Below, piece after piece: positions 63,246 through 64,000 of a DNA stretch of 64,000 bases. The stretch lies in assembly GCA_011109175.1 (NCBI GenBank), contig RDEW01000048.1:23445-87444 (forward strand), in the 5' to 3' direction. Below the pieces are notes generated by a model, which did no database searches, was not told where the DNA came from, and worked only from the letters and a program-made list of their open reading frames with translations. Both the position numbers and the translations under genes were made by a program. Source of the DNA: Dicyema japonicum. Taxonomy: Eukaryota > Animalia > Dicyemida. Position 1 is the first letter of the stretch. Every line of letters begins with the position of its first letter.

Positions 63246-64000
63246 GAATAAGTGCAGCTTTTAACCTTCATCAAGGTAAAGTGTCACATTAACATTGTTT
63301 ATTAAAAAATACTAATTAATTATAGCACTACTATATAGTGATTATATCAAAAATACTTAGTATCCAAGATTTCTGAAGCTTTTTTGATATATAATTTTTT
63401 TATATTACATCGATCTGATGAAAATTCTATGCTGTTCAGATCTGCATAAGATTTTTCATTTAATAATCGAGTAGTTAGGTATTTGAAATCATTTCAATTA
63501 AAACCAAATAGTTGAACTGATTTCTGTTAAACTTAAAAACAACGTGAGAATATTAACTGATTCTTTGACCTAAAATAATTAAAAATTGAAACATTTTTTA
63601 TTAAAATTCAGAGACAATTTTAATAATTTCTGGAAGATTCTGGGAATAATATTTGCTGCTTTTAGCCATCTTCTTCATCTTGTGACAACAATTTAGGGTG
63701 GATTTCCATTTTGTGAGAACACATCTGTGAAGTAGGATTTTATTCTTAGTGTAATAGATGTGAAACAAAAAGTGACGTGGAAAAAATTTGGATATATAAA
63801 TTTCATTGAGGTCCGAGTTAAAATTAGATTTATTCTTACCACTTGTCATATATCTTGCGGCATATGTGACGAATAAAACGAACTTTTCACGTTCAATTGA
63901 AATTTTTTTTATTATTTCATCAATTTCAACACAAATTATTGAAGTGGTAGGCGGAGAATGTAGGTTGTTACACAATATGAGAAACAATTATAGCACGTGT

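Noticed and set aside
63317-63345. CACTA...TAGTG mini-palindrome suggesting a CACTA footprint
   Set aside because: Only 15 bp, with no TSD or transposase support; likely chance.
63601-63987. 128-aa minus-strand ORF at the window end
   Set aside because: No recognisable domain and AT-rich composition; may be part of a gene starting outside the window but cannot be supported.

Overview
AT-rich metazoan nuclear DNA, standard genetic code, with extremely short GT-AG introns (those measured are 21-26 nt). Tiny introns plus animal genes (ETS, PLC-beta, VPS13D) and a motile-cilia gene (DNAAF4) suggest a dicyemid mesozoan; this is inference. The window alternates between compact gene islands and transposon graveyards. 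Host genes: C1GALT1-like, a ZSWIM3/FAR1-like MULE-derived gene, SAR1, an atypical CDC42-like GTPase, ARHGAP39-like (largely missed by the ORF track), a short NIPBL, an ELF/E74-type ETS factor, a double alpha-crystallin sHSP, plastin lacking EF-hands, VPS13D, PLC-beta and DNAAF4. Mobile DNA: a nested LINE cluster at 1-12 kb whose insertion order follows from exact TSDs; an APE-RT LINE family with a 2A (StopGo) motif and a covarying 3' stem-loop; five CRE/SLACS-type copies, one inserted exactly at the VPS13D stop codon; a foldback-like FLYWCH Mutator element; a Buster-type hAT; and two Pol III box-bearing SINE-like families. Protein identifications are by-eye motif recognition, with no database search. 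Many TE remnant boundaries are approximate.
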